Origin: an uncultured Muribaculaceae bacterium
Lineage (GTDB): Bacteria; Bacteroidota; Bacteroidia; Bacteroidales; Muribaculaceae
Direction: 5' to 3'
Length of the DNA stretch: 64,000 nucleotides
Assembly: GCA_910584365.1 (NCBI GenBank)
Contig: CAJUAF010000011.1
Location: forward strand, 24,493-88,492
Each line of letters begins with the position of its first letter. Position 1 is the first letter of the stretch. This document shows positions 28,441 through 40,935 of this stretch, piece after piece. The position numbers were made by a program, and so were the translations under genes. Below the pieces are notes generated by a model. That model did no database searches. It was not told the DNA's origin and worked only from the letters and a program-made list of their open reading frames with translations.

Positions 28441-31400
28441 TCAGGCGCCGGCGGGAGAGGAGGGGAGGGAGAGGATTTCCTGGAGTATGGCGACGGCGGT
28501 CTCCACGTCGGGAACATGGGCGAATGAGAAAGAGCGACGGGAACCGTTCTCGCGGATTCGGACCGAATCGAGATGGGCCTGCAGATAGGAAATCATGCGG
28601 CCGAACATCGGAGACTGGTAGTAGGCCACGTTGCAGGAGTCGACAAAGTAGGTGTACATCTGTCCCTGCTTGAGGGCTACTTTCTCGATGCCGAGCTGAC
28701 GGGCCAGGCGCCGCAGACGCGGCACACGGGTAAGTTCGGCGGCTTCCGGGGGAATCTTTCCGAAACGGTCCACAAGACGCGAGCGGAACTCGCGGATGTC
28801 CATCTCCCGCTCCATGCTGTCGAGTTCGCGGTAGAGGGAGATGCGTTCGCTCTCCTGAGGGACGTACCAGGCGGGGAGGAGAAGTTCCAGGTCGCTTTCG
28901 ATGACGCAGTCGGCCACGAATTCCTCACTCTCCTCGGGCGAGGCTTCCTCATCTTTCTTAAACGTATCGGCAAACTCTTCGGTTCGCAGTTCGGTAACGG
29001 CCTCCTTGAGAATCTTCTGATAGGTCTCATATCCGAGATCGGCGATAAATCCGCTCTGTTCGGCTCCCAGCAGGTTGCCGGCTCCGCGGATATCGAGATC
29101 CTGCATCGCGATATGGATGCCGGAACCCAGGTCGGAGAAACTTTCGATAGCCTGGAGGCGCCGCCGCGCCACCGGAGTGAGAGGGTTACCGGGAGGAACC
29201 ATAAGATAGCAGAACGCCTTTCGGTTGGAGCGCCCCACGCGGCCGCGGAGCTGATGGAGTTCCGAGAGGCCGAAGTTCTGGGCGTTGTTGACAATCATGG
29301 TGTTGACGTTCGGCATATCGATGCCGCTTTCCACGATGGTTGTGGCGAGCATTATGTCGTAGTCGTGGTTTGTGAAGTCGATGATCGCCTGCTCGAGTTT
29401 TTCGGGGGGCATCTGGCCGTGGGCCACGATGGTGCGCGCGTCGGGAATCACCCGTTTTACCATCGCCTCGAGCTGATAAAGCCCCTCTATGCGGTTGTTG
29501 ATGATGAACACCTGCCCGTTGCGCGACATCTCGAAGTTCACCGCTTCGGCCAGGAGGTCATCGGTCAGAGTGTTAACCGAGGTCATGATGGGATAGCGGT
29601 TCGGTGGAGGAGTGGTGATGTTCGACAGGTCGCGGGCGCCCATGAGGGAGAACTGGAGCGTGCGGGGGATGGGAGTGGCCGACATGGTGAGGGTGTCGAC
29701 GCTGACTTTCATCTGCTTGAGTTTCTCCTTGACGGCCACGCCGAATTTCTGTTCCTCGTCGATGACCAGCAATCCCAGGTCCTTGAACCGAACATCCTTC
29801 CCGACGATACGGTGGGTGCCTACAAGGATGTCTATTTTCCCTTCCGCCAGGTCGGAAAGAATCTCGCGGATCTGGCGCGGAGTGCGGGCTCGGGATATGT
29901 AGTCCACTCTGACGGGGAAGTCCTTCAGGCGGTCGCGGAACGTGTTGAAATGCTGGTAGGCCAGCACCGTCGTAGGCACCAGCACGGCCACCTGCTTGCC
30001 GTCCGTGGCGGCCTTGAACGCCGCGCGGATGGCGATTTCGGTCTTCCCGAAACCGACGTCGCCGCAGATCAGGCGGTCCATCGGGCGGGCGCTCTCCATG
30101 TCGGCCTTGACGTCGCGGGTCGCCGTAAGCTGGTCGGGGGTGTCCTCGTAGATGAACGACGCCTCCAGCTCATGCTGGAGATAACTGTCGGGCGAGAAGC
30201 TGAACCCCTTCTCCTCCTTACGGGCAGCGTAGAGCTTTATAAGGTCGCGGGCGATATCCTTGAGCTTGTTCTTGGTCTTCTCTTTCAGGCGGTTCCAGGC
30301 GCCGGAGCCGAGCTTGTTGATGGCCGGCTCAACCCCCTCTTTGCCGCGGTATTTCGAGAGCTTGTGAAGGGCGTGGATGGAGACGAAGATGCAGTCGTTG
30401 TTCTTGTAGATGAGCTTGATCATCTCCTGTGTCGTGCCGTTGACCTGGGTACGCAGGAGGCCGCCGAACTTTCCGATTCCGTGGTCGACATGGACGATAT
30501 AGTCCCCTGTCTCTATGGAGGAAAGTTCCTTGAGCGAGAGGGCCAGTTTTCCGGAGCGGGCGCGGTCGCTCTTGAGGGAATATTTGTGGAAACGGTCGAA
30601 AATCTGGTGATCGGTGAAAAGGCACCGTTTAGAACGGTGGTCAACGAATCCTTCATGGAGAGTAGCCGAGGCCGGAGTGAAGGCGATTTTTTCCTCCCGC
30701 TCCTCGAAAATGGCATGAAGGCGCACGGCCTGTTTCTGCGAGTCCGTCAGGAGGTAAATGCGGTACCCCTCCCCGAGGAATTTCAGGAAGGAGGAGGAGA
30801 TAAGGTCGAAATTCTTATGATACAGTCCCTGGGGGGAACAGCCGAAGTCAAGCGATGTCTCCGAGGAATCCGGAGGGGTGGCGGCGGAGAATTCCACGCA
30901 GGGGAAAGTGGCGAATCTGGCGGCGAATTTTTCGGCGTCAACCAGCTGCTTCATGGCCTGGAGATCCCCTTCGTCGGCAATCATGGCCGAGGAGGAAAAG
31001 CTCTCGTTGGCGACCGCCTCCACGCGGGAAAGCATACGGCGGCGGTCGGTGACGGCAATCAGCGTCCCTTCCGGCATGAAGTCCATCAGGCTCTCGCCCG
31101 AGGCGCCGTCGGAGGTGATGTTGGCCGTAATGGCCACGGAGTCAATCTTCTGTTCGGACAGCTGTGTCTCGATGTTGAAGGCGCGTATGGAGTCGATTTC
31201 GTCGCCGAAGAGGTCGATGCGGTAAGGGAGTTCGGAGGAGTAACCGAAGATGTCGAGGATAGAGCCGCGGACAGCGAAATGCCCCGGTTCATAGACATAG
31301 TCGACGGGTAGAAATCCGTTGTCGAGGAGCCAGCGGCGCGTCTGCTCCAGGTCGATTTCCTCCCCTACGCGGAATGAAATCGTGGCGTCGGAGAGTTTGC

Positions 31401-31866
31401 TCCGGGAGGCCACTTTCTCGGCCAGCGCCTCGGGATAGGAGACCACGTAGCGCAGGGCCGGATCCTCGGCCCAGTGGTTGAGGGTCTCGGTGCGGAGAAT
31501 CTGCTGGGGAGGGTCGACCTGACCGTATTTTATGTCGCGTTTGTAGCCGGAGGGGAAAATCATGACGGCGTTCTCCCCCAGGATCTTGACAAGGTCATTG
31601 TAGAGATACCCGGCGTCGTCCATCGAGTCTGTGACAAGCAGCGCGGGAGTCCCTGCGGGCTGATGCAGGGCCAGCCCTCCGAAAAGCATCGCGGGGGAGG
31701 AGCCTGCCAGTCCTCCCAGGTGTACCTCCGAACCCTTTCGGGCCAGTTCCACGGCCCGAAGCACCCCTTTGCGGCGCGCGTCGGTCAGGAACTGTCGGGC
31801 CAGGGTCTGAAGTGACTCCTGGCGCCCGGGCGCTGTCGATGTATCTGTTGAAATAGGTTTCTCCAT
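28441..31866 (-). CDS. mfd: Transcription-repair coupling factor
   Basis: VHVDHGIG, GDVGFGKT, DEEQ, QLRGRVGR, DLDIRGAGNLLG; -7 box at 31925-31932. Confidence 0.97.
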   Translation of the reverse strand: MEKPISTDTSTAPGRQESLQTLARQFLTDARRKGVLRAVELARKGSEVHLGGLAGSSPAMLFGGLALHQPAGTPALLVTDSMDDAGYLYNDLVKILGENAVMIFPSGYKRDIKYGQVDPPQQILRTETLNHWAEDPALRYVVSYPEALAEKVASRSKLSDATISFRVGEEIDLEQTRRWLLDNGFLPVDYVYEPGHFAVRGSILDIFGYSSELPYRIDLFGDEIDSIRAFNIETQLSEQKIDSVAITANITSDGASGESLMDFMPEGTLIAVTDRRRMLSRVEAVANESFSSSAMIADEGDLQAMKQLVDAEKFAARFATFPCVEFSAATPPDSSETSLDFGCSPQGLYHKNFDLISSSFLKFLGEGYRIYLLTDSQKQAVRLHAIFEEREEKIAFTPASATLHEGFVDHRSKRCLFTDHQIFDRFHKYSLKSDRARSGKLALSLKELSSIETGDYIVHVDHGIGKFGGLLRTQVNGTTQEMIKLIYKNNDCIFVSIHALHKLSKYRGKEGVEPAINKLGSGAWNRLKEKTKNKLKDIARDLIKLYAARKEEKGFSFSPDSYLQHELEASFIYEDTPDQLTATRDVKADMESARPMDRLICGDVGFGKTEIAIRAAFKAATDGKQVAVLVPTTVLAYQHFNTFRDRLKDFPVRVDYISRARTPRQIREILSDLAEGKIDILVGTHRIVGKDVRFKDLGLLVIDEEQKFGVAVKEKLKQMKVSVDTLTMSATPIPRTLQFSLMGARDLSNITTPPPNRYPIMTSVNTLTDDLLAEAVNFEMSRNGQVFIINNRIEGLYQLEAMVKRVIPDARTIVAHGQMPPEKLEQAIIDFTNHDYDIMLATTIVESGIDMPNVNTMIVNNAQNFGLSELHQLRGRVGRSNRKAFCYLMVPPGNPLTPVARRRLQAIESFSDLGSGIHIAMQDLDIRGAGNLLGAEQSGFIADLGYETYQKILKEAVTELRTEEFADTFKKDEEASPEESEEFVADCVIESDLELLLPAWYVPQESERISLYRELDSMEREMDIREFRSRLVDRFGKIPPEAAELTRVPRLRRLARQLGIEKVALKQGQMYTYFVDSCNVAYYQSPMFGRMISYLQAHLDSVRIRENGSRRSFSFAHVPDVETAVAILQEILSLPSSPAGA

Positions 31867-32081
31867 CCCTGTGGTAAAATCTCCTCTGAAAAAGTGTATG
31901 GTCAGTTACTTGAAAATGACTGTGCAAAATTAACAAAAAAAACATGAATATCGGTTTTTTCCCTCATATAATAGAGGTTTGATTATCGAAAAATTCGTAT
32001 CTTTGCCGAATATTAGGCTTCAAGCCAAAGCCGAAAACGAATTTACGTCAAATTCAACATAAACCGTTTTTCTAAACCATT

Positions 32082-35645
<3,564 letters not shown>

Positions 35646-35708
35646 ATAAGCTTTCCCTAAGATTCCTCTGCGGCGGTTGCCGCAGGGGATCTTCGGGGAC
35701 AATACGAT

Positions 35709-35745
35709 AAAAAACTGCCGCCCGAAGCCGGGCGGCAGTTTTTTT
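35709..35745. terminator. Bidirectional intrinsic terminator
   Basis: AAAAAACTGCCGCCCG-AAGC-CGGGCGGCAGTTTTTT. Confidence 0.9.
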
Positions 35746-35801
35746 ATGCATAATTGACAGCGTCGGAGCTGATTCCTGACGTGGTCAGACCGGTGTCAGG
35801 G

Positions 35802-37214
35802 TTAGTGCTTGATGATGCGGTAGGTCGAGCCTGCGCCGTCGGCATGGATGAGGTAGACGCCGGGAGCGAGAGAGGCAAGGCTTACGGTAGCCGAGGATGC
35901 CTCGGCGGGGGTGTGCATAAGGGAAGCACCCTGAAGGTTGTAGACCGAAAGTCCGGTGAGTCCGGGAGCAGCGGCGGTCACTGCGTCGCCGTTGACAGTC
36001 CAGGTGGTGGCACCTTCCGCAATTACGGACTCGATGCCTGCGGATGCGTCGATATATTCTCCGTAGACGATGCGTTCCGAGAGGAAATATTCCTCGGTCT
36101 CATAGTCGTATTCCTCGCTGATCACTTCGGTCGGATTGCCATCGGCGTTATACGTATAGGTGTATTTGGTAGAGCTGATCAGTTCCTCCACACCGTCGAG
36201 TGTTTCTGTCTCGCTGTATAGGATCATGTTGCCATATTCATCCATCAGCGCTTCCTGCACGTCGATATAGGTCGGTTCGGAGAGGATATTGCCGTCTTCG
36301 TCGAAATATTCTGTTGCGGTGAGACGCACGGAGCCGTTGGCGTCGATAGTCTCCATACGGATAGTGCGGCCGATTTCACTGATGTCATTTGTGGTCTCCT
36401 TGATGAAGAATCCGGGGAGACCGTCGGAATATTCGACCAGGTAGTGGCCGTCGGGTTCGCCGTCGTAATATACCACGGCGGATTTCAGCAGATTATTCCC
36501 TTCGGTCAGCTCAAGAAGGTCGCCGAAGATGGTCATCTGCCCGTCGGTTTTTTCCCAGAGGATATCCTTATATGAGATATTGTCGTAGAGTTCCCAGTCA
36601 TTGTCGGCCCCGGCCACATAATAGAAATACTCGTTGGCTTTCCCGTCCGTGCCGTAGTTCCATACCGATTTGTAGGCCGGCTTAAGTTCGCCCATAAGAG
36701 GGAGCGCCTTGACTACTTCGATGATGTTGCCTTCATCGTTGCGGGTTATGGTGTTGGATTCCCAGGAGTAGTTTTTGGTCCATTCGCCGTCGTTCCAGTC
36801 GTAACCGATACGCTCGGTAAAGAAACCGTGGACTTTCGTATCATAGACATATATGCGTTTGCCGGAGTTTTCCCATGTCTCGCCGTCCTCGTTTTCTGTC
36901 TGGAGAATCATCAGGGGGTAATTGAACTCATCATAAGTAGTGACGGTCTTGGAGAGCCAGCCGTCTTCGTCGACAAGTTCCTCTGTGCGGTTGCCGCGTC
37001 CATCATACTTGAAAGTGACTGTCCCCAGTTCCATCCACTCCTCGCCGTCGTGCATATAGTCGGTCTGGCTTGCGGGGCGCCACAGAGGCGCGGCGGCTTC
37101 GGTCGGGATACTTTTCTTACCTTTCTGGCCGCGGAGGGTCTGGAAACGCTGGCCGTCGGCAGCCGCCGACAGGCACACTGCGCCGCAGAGTGCAAATGCG
37201 TAGATTTTCTTCAT
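35802..37214 (-). CDS. Secreted acidic repeat protein (YD/YN-GN type repeats) with T9SS-type CTD
   Basis: MKKIYAFAL signal; repeated Y.YD..GN motifs; CTD VYNLQG...LAPGVYLI. Confidence 0.75.
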   Translation of the reverse strand: MKKIYAFALCGAVCLSAAADGQRFQTLRGQKGKKSIPTEAAAPLWRPASQTDYMHDGEEWMELGTVTFKYDGRGNRTEELVDEDGWLSKTVTTYDEFNYPLMILQTENEDGETWENSGKRIYVYDTKVHGFFTERIGYDWNDGEWTKNYSWESNTITRNDEGNIIEVVKALPLMGELKPAYKSVWNYGTDGKANEYFYYVAGADNDWELYDNISYKDILWEKTDGQMTIFGDLLELTEGNNLLKSAVVYYDGEPDGHYLVEYSDGLPGFFIKETTNDISEIGRTIRMETIDANGSVRLTATEYFDEDGNILSEPTYIDVQEALMDEYGNMILYSETETLDGVEELISSTKYTYTYNADGNPTEVISEEYDYETEEYFLSERIVYGEYIDASAGIESVIAEGATTWTVNGDAVTAAAPGLTGLSVYNLQGASLMHTPAEASSATVSLASLAPGVYLIHADGAGSTYRIIKH

Positions 37215-37457
37215 GCAATTGAGATTTATAAACACTAAATTTGGAAATATTAACTAAATTTTATAATTATAGGATTGGTTCTTTTGAAAAAGTTTTCACC
37301 TATATATCTGGAGTAAAAAATATTTATTCGGCAAAATTACAAAAAAATCCCCGAAACCGCAATTCTCTCTTTGTATTCCATGCACTGGTGAGAAAAACGG
37401 ATCTCCAGCGGAGTAGCTCTTTCCTGGCTGGACAATGGGCTGTTATGGGTTAATATT

Positions 37458-37826
37458 TTATTCTGTCTGTCCCGTTTTCGTTCCGCTTTCGTTTAAGATT
37501 TTGACAACTTCTTCCTTCAAAAGTGGCAGATGATTTATAACGATAGACCAAACCATATCATGACTAACACTGTCATATCCATGTATCATATAATTACGGG
37601 TGTCGACAATCTTTCGTGCTTTAGTAATCGGAATTTCGGGGGTAATTTTTAATAATTTATTTGTTGCCTCACCAATTATAGATATGTTCATCTGTATCGC
37701 ACGTTGCATCATCGGGGTTTCGCAGTAGACATCAAATCTGCGAGGAAAAGTGTCAAAATATGACTCAATCTGGGTAATCGAGTCTAAAATATCATTCAGA
37801 TATTTTTCAACAGATCGATTAGCCAT
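37458..37826 (-). CDS. HEPN (DUF86/HepT-like) RNase toxin
   Basis: IIGEA and RNYMIHGY (Rx4HxY); overlaps the upstream MNT gene by 8 nt. Confidence 0.9.
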   Translation of the reverse strand: MANRSVEKYLNDILDSITQIESYFDTFPRRFDVYCETPMMQRAIQMNISIIGEATNKLLKITPEIPITKARKIVDTRNYMIHGYDSVSHDMVWSIVINHLPLLKEEVVKILNESGTKTGQTE

Positions 37827-38124
37827 AAATTAATTTGCGCTTTTCGTTCAGTTCTTCGCGGAAATAACGGTTGCGGACAGCACTGTCTTCAGTCAAGTCA
37901 ACATTACGCCCGAATAAGTCTTCAAGAGCATACTGAAAATCGAAAAAGTTATCGGCATAGTCAAGTAAACTAATCTCGCTTTTGTCAAAATCAACACATA
38001 GGTCGACATCGCTTTCGTCGTTGAAGCGGTCTGTGAGTATCGAGCCGAATACCCAAAGTTTGCGAACGTGAAAACGTTTGCAGAGTTCAATGATTTTATG
38101 GATGTTTATTTCGACAAGGTGCAT
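37819..38124 (-). CDS. Minimal nucleotidyltransferase (MntA-like) antitoxin
   Basis: FGSILTDRFNDESDVD (GSx10DxD); -7 box at 38156-38163. Confidence 0.9.
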   Translation of the reverse strand: MHLVEINIHKIIELCKRFHVRKLWVFGSILTDRFNDESDVDLCVDFDKSEISLLDYADNFFDFQYALEDLFGRNVDLTEDSAVRNRYFREELNEKRKLIYG

Positions 38125-38255
38125 ATTGTTCCGATTTTATTCCGGTTACTTAGTGCAAATATACAAATAAAACACTAATGGTCAAATATTTGTTGCGGTA
38201 TTTTGATAGAGCGCTTTGATCGGCTTGATCCGATTTTGTTCAGGCTATATTCGCA

Positions 38256-38288
38256 AAATGGGTTTAACTCAACGAGTTAAACCCATTT
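38256..38288 (-). terminator. Hairpin downstream of tRNA-Pro
   Basis: 15-bp stem AAATGGGTTTAACTC-AAC-GAGTTAAACCCATTT. Confidence 0.75.
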
Positions 38289-38300
38289 GTTGAAATAATG

Positions 38301-38374
38301 TCGGGGTGAGAAGACTCGAACTTCCGACCTCCACGTCCCGAACGTGGCGCGCTAACCAACTGTGCTACACCCCG
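38301..38374 (-). tRNA. tRNA-Pro (anticodon CGG), CCA not encoded
   Basis: CGGGGTG/CACCCCG acceptor stem, CCACG-TTCGGGA-CGTGG anticodon arm, TTCGA T-loop; -7 box at 38486-38493. Confidence 0.95.
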
Positions 38375-38581
38375 AGGTGCCTTTCCAGGAACGGGATATC
38401 TCCACAGGGGAGATGGGACCGTTCTGTCGGGAATTTAATCTGACCTTTCCCCGCTACGGGAGGACGGTTTCGGACAAAAGGCTTGCAAAGGTAAGCATTT
38501 TTTTTGAATTTGTCGCTTTTTTGAGGATATTTTTTGTTTTATCCGGTTTTAGCGGCGATTTCGGGCGTCTTTAACCGGATT

Positions 38582-39391
38582 TTATTCTCCGGCACCGGAG
38601 GCAGTTCCGGAGTGGTCCGTGGACTTTTCATCGGATTTGCTGATGGTTTCCGTGGATAATGCGGCGTGACTGACGGCTTCGGTCGGGGAAAGGGGTGACG
38701 ATTTCTTATCCTCCCTTACGGTTGCCGCTCCGTCGGTTTTCTTTTTGTCAGGAGCCGCCTGGGATTCGCGGGCGAGCTTTTTGTCGGCATGATTCTTACG
38801 GATGGCAAAATAGCTGATGAACAGGCCGATGAGTCCGAATATGGTGAAGCCGATTCCCGATAGAAGAAGCATCCATTTCTCATTGCTTTCCCCTTTGAAA
38901 GTGTCGACGGTCATTATTACTACGCCGGCTGCCACAAGGATGACCGGAGCGAAAACCAGCCATGCGGGATAAAGAGTGCCATGATTACGCCGCATCATTA
39001 CATCAAACTGCCATGACGCACCGATAATCAGCAGGATGCCGAACAGATAGCAAAGAAAGTTGCGGAATACGCCGGGCATCATCAGTATAACGATTCCAAG
39101 CCCTATGGCAGCGCACCCGCAGATAGCGGCCAGAAATGTCATTACTGAGCCGCGGGAGTGTTCTTTTGACTTTCTTGAGGCCATGAGCGAGAATAACATA
39201 CCGACTCCCGGGACGATGAAGGCCAGCGCCGAAAGCCATAAGATTGTGGTCCCTACGACATGGCGTTCACACAGAGCTATGAATGTCAGGCCCAATGCGG
39301 CCATCAATAATGAAAGAATTATATTGCCTGCCTGTCCGGGAGCTTTCGGAATCCGGAGTTCTTCGGGGAGTGAGGTTTTGTCTTTATTCAT
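38582..39391 (-). CDS. HdeD/DUF308-like membrane protein with charged C-terminal tail
   Basis: About six TM segments in paired repeats. Confidence 0.65.
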   Translation of the reverse strand: MNKDKTSLPEELRIPKAPGQAGNIILSLLMAALGLTFIALCERHVVGTTILWLSALAFIVPGVGMLFSLMASRKSKEHSRGSVMTFLAAICGCAAIGLGIVILMMPGVFRNFLCYLFGILLIIGASWQFDVMMRRNHGTLYPAWLVFAPVILVAAGVVIMTVDTFKGESNEKWMLLLSGIGFTIFGLIGLFISYFAIRKNHADKKLARESQAAPDKKKTDGAATVREDKKSSPLSPTEAVSHAALSTETISKSDEKSTDHSGTASGAGE

Positions 39392-39462
39392 AAGTCCGAT
39401 AGTTTAACGTAATAAACAGGGGGCCGGATATGGCCCTGTATAATTGATAACGCAAAAGTAAC

Positions 39463-39503
39463 AAAAAAGTGGGATGTCCCCTCAGGAGGCATCCCACTTT
39501 TTT
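39463..39503 (-). terminator. Intrinsic terminator after the 39518..40687 gene
   Basis: AAAAAAGTGGGATG...CATCCCACTTTTTT. Confidence 0.8.
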
Positions 39504-39517
39504 ACTTACACGGGTTG

Positions 39518-40687
39518 TTAGAGAATGACTTTGGCGGTTTTCGTCCCGGCTTTTACGATGAAGAGGCCATGGCCGGGGATTACGGGCGATGTTGTCGTTC
39601 CGCTGTAAAGAAGGCGCCCGCTGGCATCATAAATCTCCATAGCCGGGGCTCCGGTAACTGAAATCCGGCCATCGGCTGCAGAGATATTAACTTTCTCCGC
39701 GGTGTCGGCTCCGATGTTGTCAACGCCTCCGACTTCTGTGCCTACAACTTTCATGTCGGAGAAATCTGACAGGGAGCGGATATAGTTGAGGTCGCGGTAA
39801 TCATCATAATCTTCCCAGATTCCTTTCACCTGATAGGCATATACGAAATCGTTGTCGGTGTCTCCGGTGGTATCGATGGTGAAAGAAGTGCCTTCGACCT
39901 TGTGCATTTCGGCGGGATATGTTAGCTGGTCGCCGGGAAGAAGGTCTGTGGTCACTTTGATTTTATTGAAAAGAACGAATTGCGAGCCACTTCCGTAGAG
40001 GGCCATACGGGTACGGGCACGATAATCATCGGGTACGGGATTATGGGTCACCGGGGTCCAGGATTCGTTGGAGAGAGCGTTGGATTCCCATACCTGGTCC
40101 ATGATCGGTTTGTAATCTTCCATGCCGGGTGTGAAGAAGTCATCGCTGAACGTATAGATGGCTATGCCGGCCTCGTCGGTATTGTTTGAGCGGGCTATCT
40201 CGGTCTCTACATTGAGATTCGGTTCGCCGATGTAGGAAAGGTCCCAGTCGGGAGAAACGATGTAGGCTCCTCCGAAGGGATCATCGTTGTCTGAACCGGC
40301 GAAGTAATAGAAAGCATCTACTCCGAGTCCCTTGTCGACATATACGGGGAATTTGGCGTACCAGCCGGGCATACCGGGGATGCAGTCCCATGGCGCTCCT
40401 TTGTCCTGGGGCTTTTTGATAGTACCGGTGGATTCGATGTTGCTGAAATCCGTCTCGGCCAGGGTAAAAGTCTCAGGTTCCGTGGCCTTGTGCATTTTGT
40501 AGACGATGACATGATAATAGGAAGACTCATGCTGATTTTTGGCGGGGTCCACTTCTTCCGACCATGAGATTTCGACTTTGCCGTCTGAAACCTCCTCTGC
40601 GGTGATTTTCGGCTGGGGGACCAGGTAGATGGCTGATGCGGAGGCATATACTCCGGCCATGATGGCAGTAAGTAACAATTTTTTCAT
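39518..40687 (-). CDS. Secreted protein with T9SS-type CTD; paralogue of the C-terminal half of 5100..6887
   Basis: Signal peptide; CTD IYDASGR...GLFIVKAGTKTAKV; motifs collinear with 5100..6887. Confidence 0.75.
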   Translation of the reverse strand: MKKLLLTAIMAGVYASASAIYLVPQPKITAEEVSDGKVEISWSEEVDPAKNQHESSYYHVIVYKMHKATEPETFTLAETDFSNIESTGTIKKPQDKGAPWDCIPGMPGWYAKFPVYVDKGLGVDAFYYFAGSDNDDPFGGAYIVSPDWDLSYIGEPNLNVETEIARSNNTDEAGIAIYTFSDDFFTPGMEDYKPIMDQVWESNALSNESWTPVTHNPVPDDYRARTRMALYGSGSQFVLFNKIKVTTDLLPGDQLTYPAEMHKVEGTSFTIDTTGDTDNDFVYAYQVKGIWEDYDDYRDLNYIRSLSDFSDMKVVGTEVGGVDNIGADTAEKVNISAADGRISVTGAPAMEIYDASGRLLYSGTTTSPVIPGHGLFIVKAGTKTAKVIL

Positions 40688-40935
40688 ACGATGATTTTGG
40701 GTTTAAGATAATAACGACAAATGCCTTCAAGGTCCATTGTCTTCAACTGGTTTGCAAATGTAAGAAAAGAAAATGAAATTCAATGGAAAGTGGATGTGAA
40801 AAAGTGTTGCGTCCGCGGTATTTGCGATAATATAAACAAAAATTTTGAGAATTTCATAAATTGCATTACTTTTGTAGGGTTCATGAATCTTTGGGGGTTC
40901 ATGAAAAACAATCATTATCCTTAACATATTCCCTT

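Noticed and set aside
28573..31311. 912-aa ORF antisense to mfd, and similar long antisense ORFs over mdh, purD, pyrG, yidC, pgi and the EEP gene
   Set aside because: Same GC3-driven shadow effect; each fully overlaps a well-supported conserved gene.
35750..38374. Integrative element or prophage at tRNA-Pro
   Set aside because: No integrase, transfer or phage genes, and no duplicated tRNA 3' end seen.
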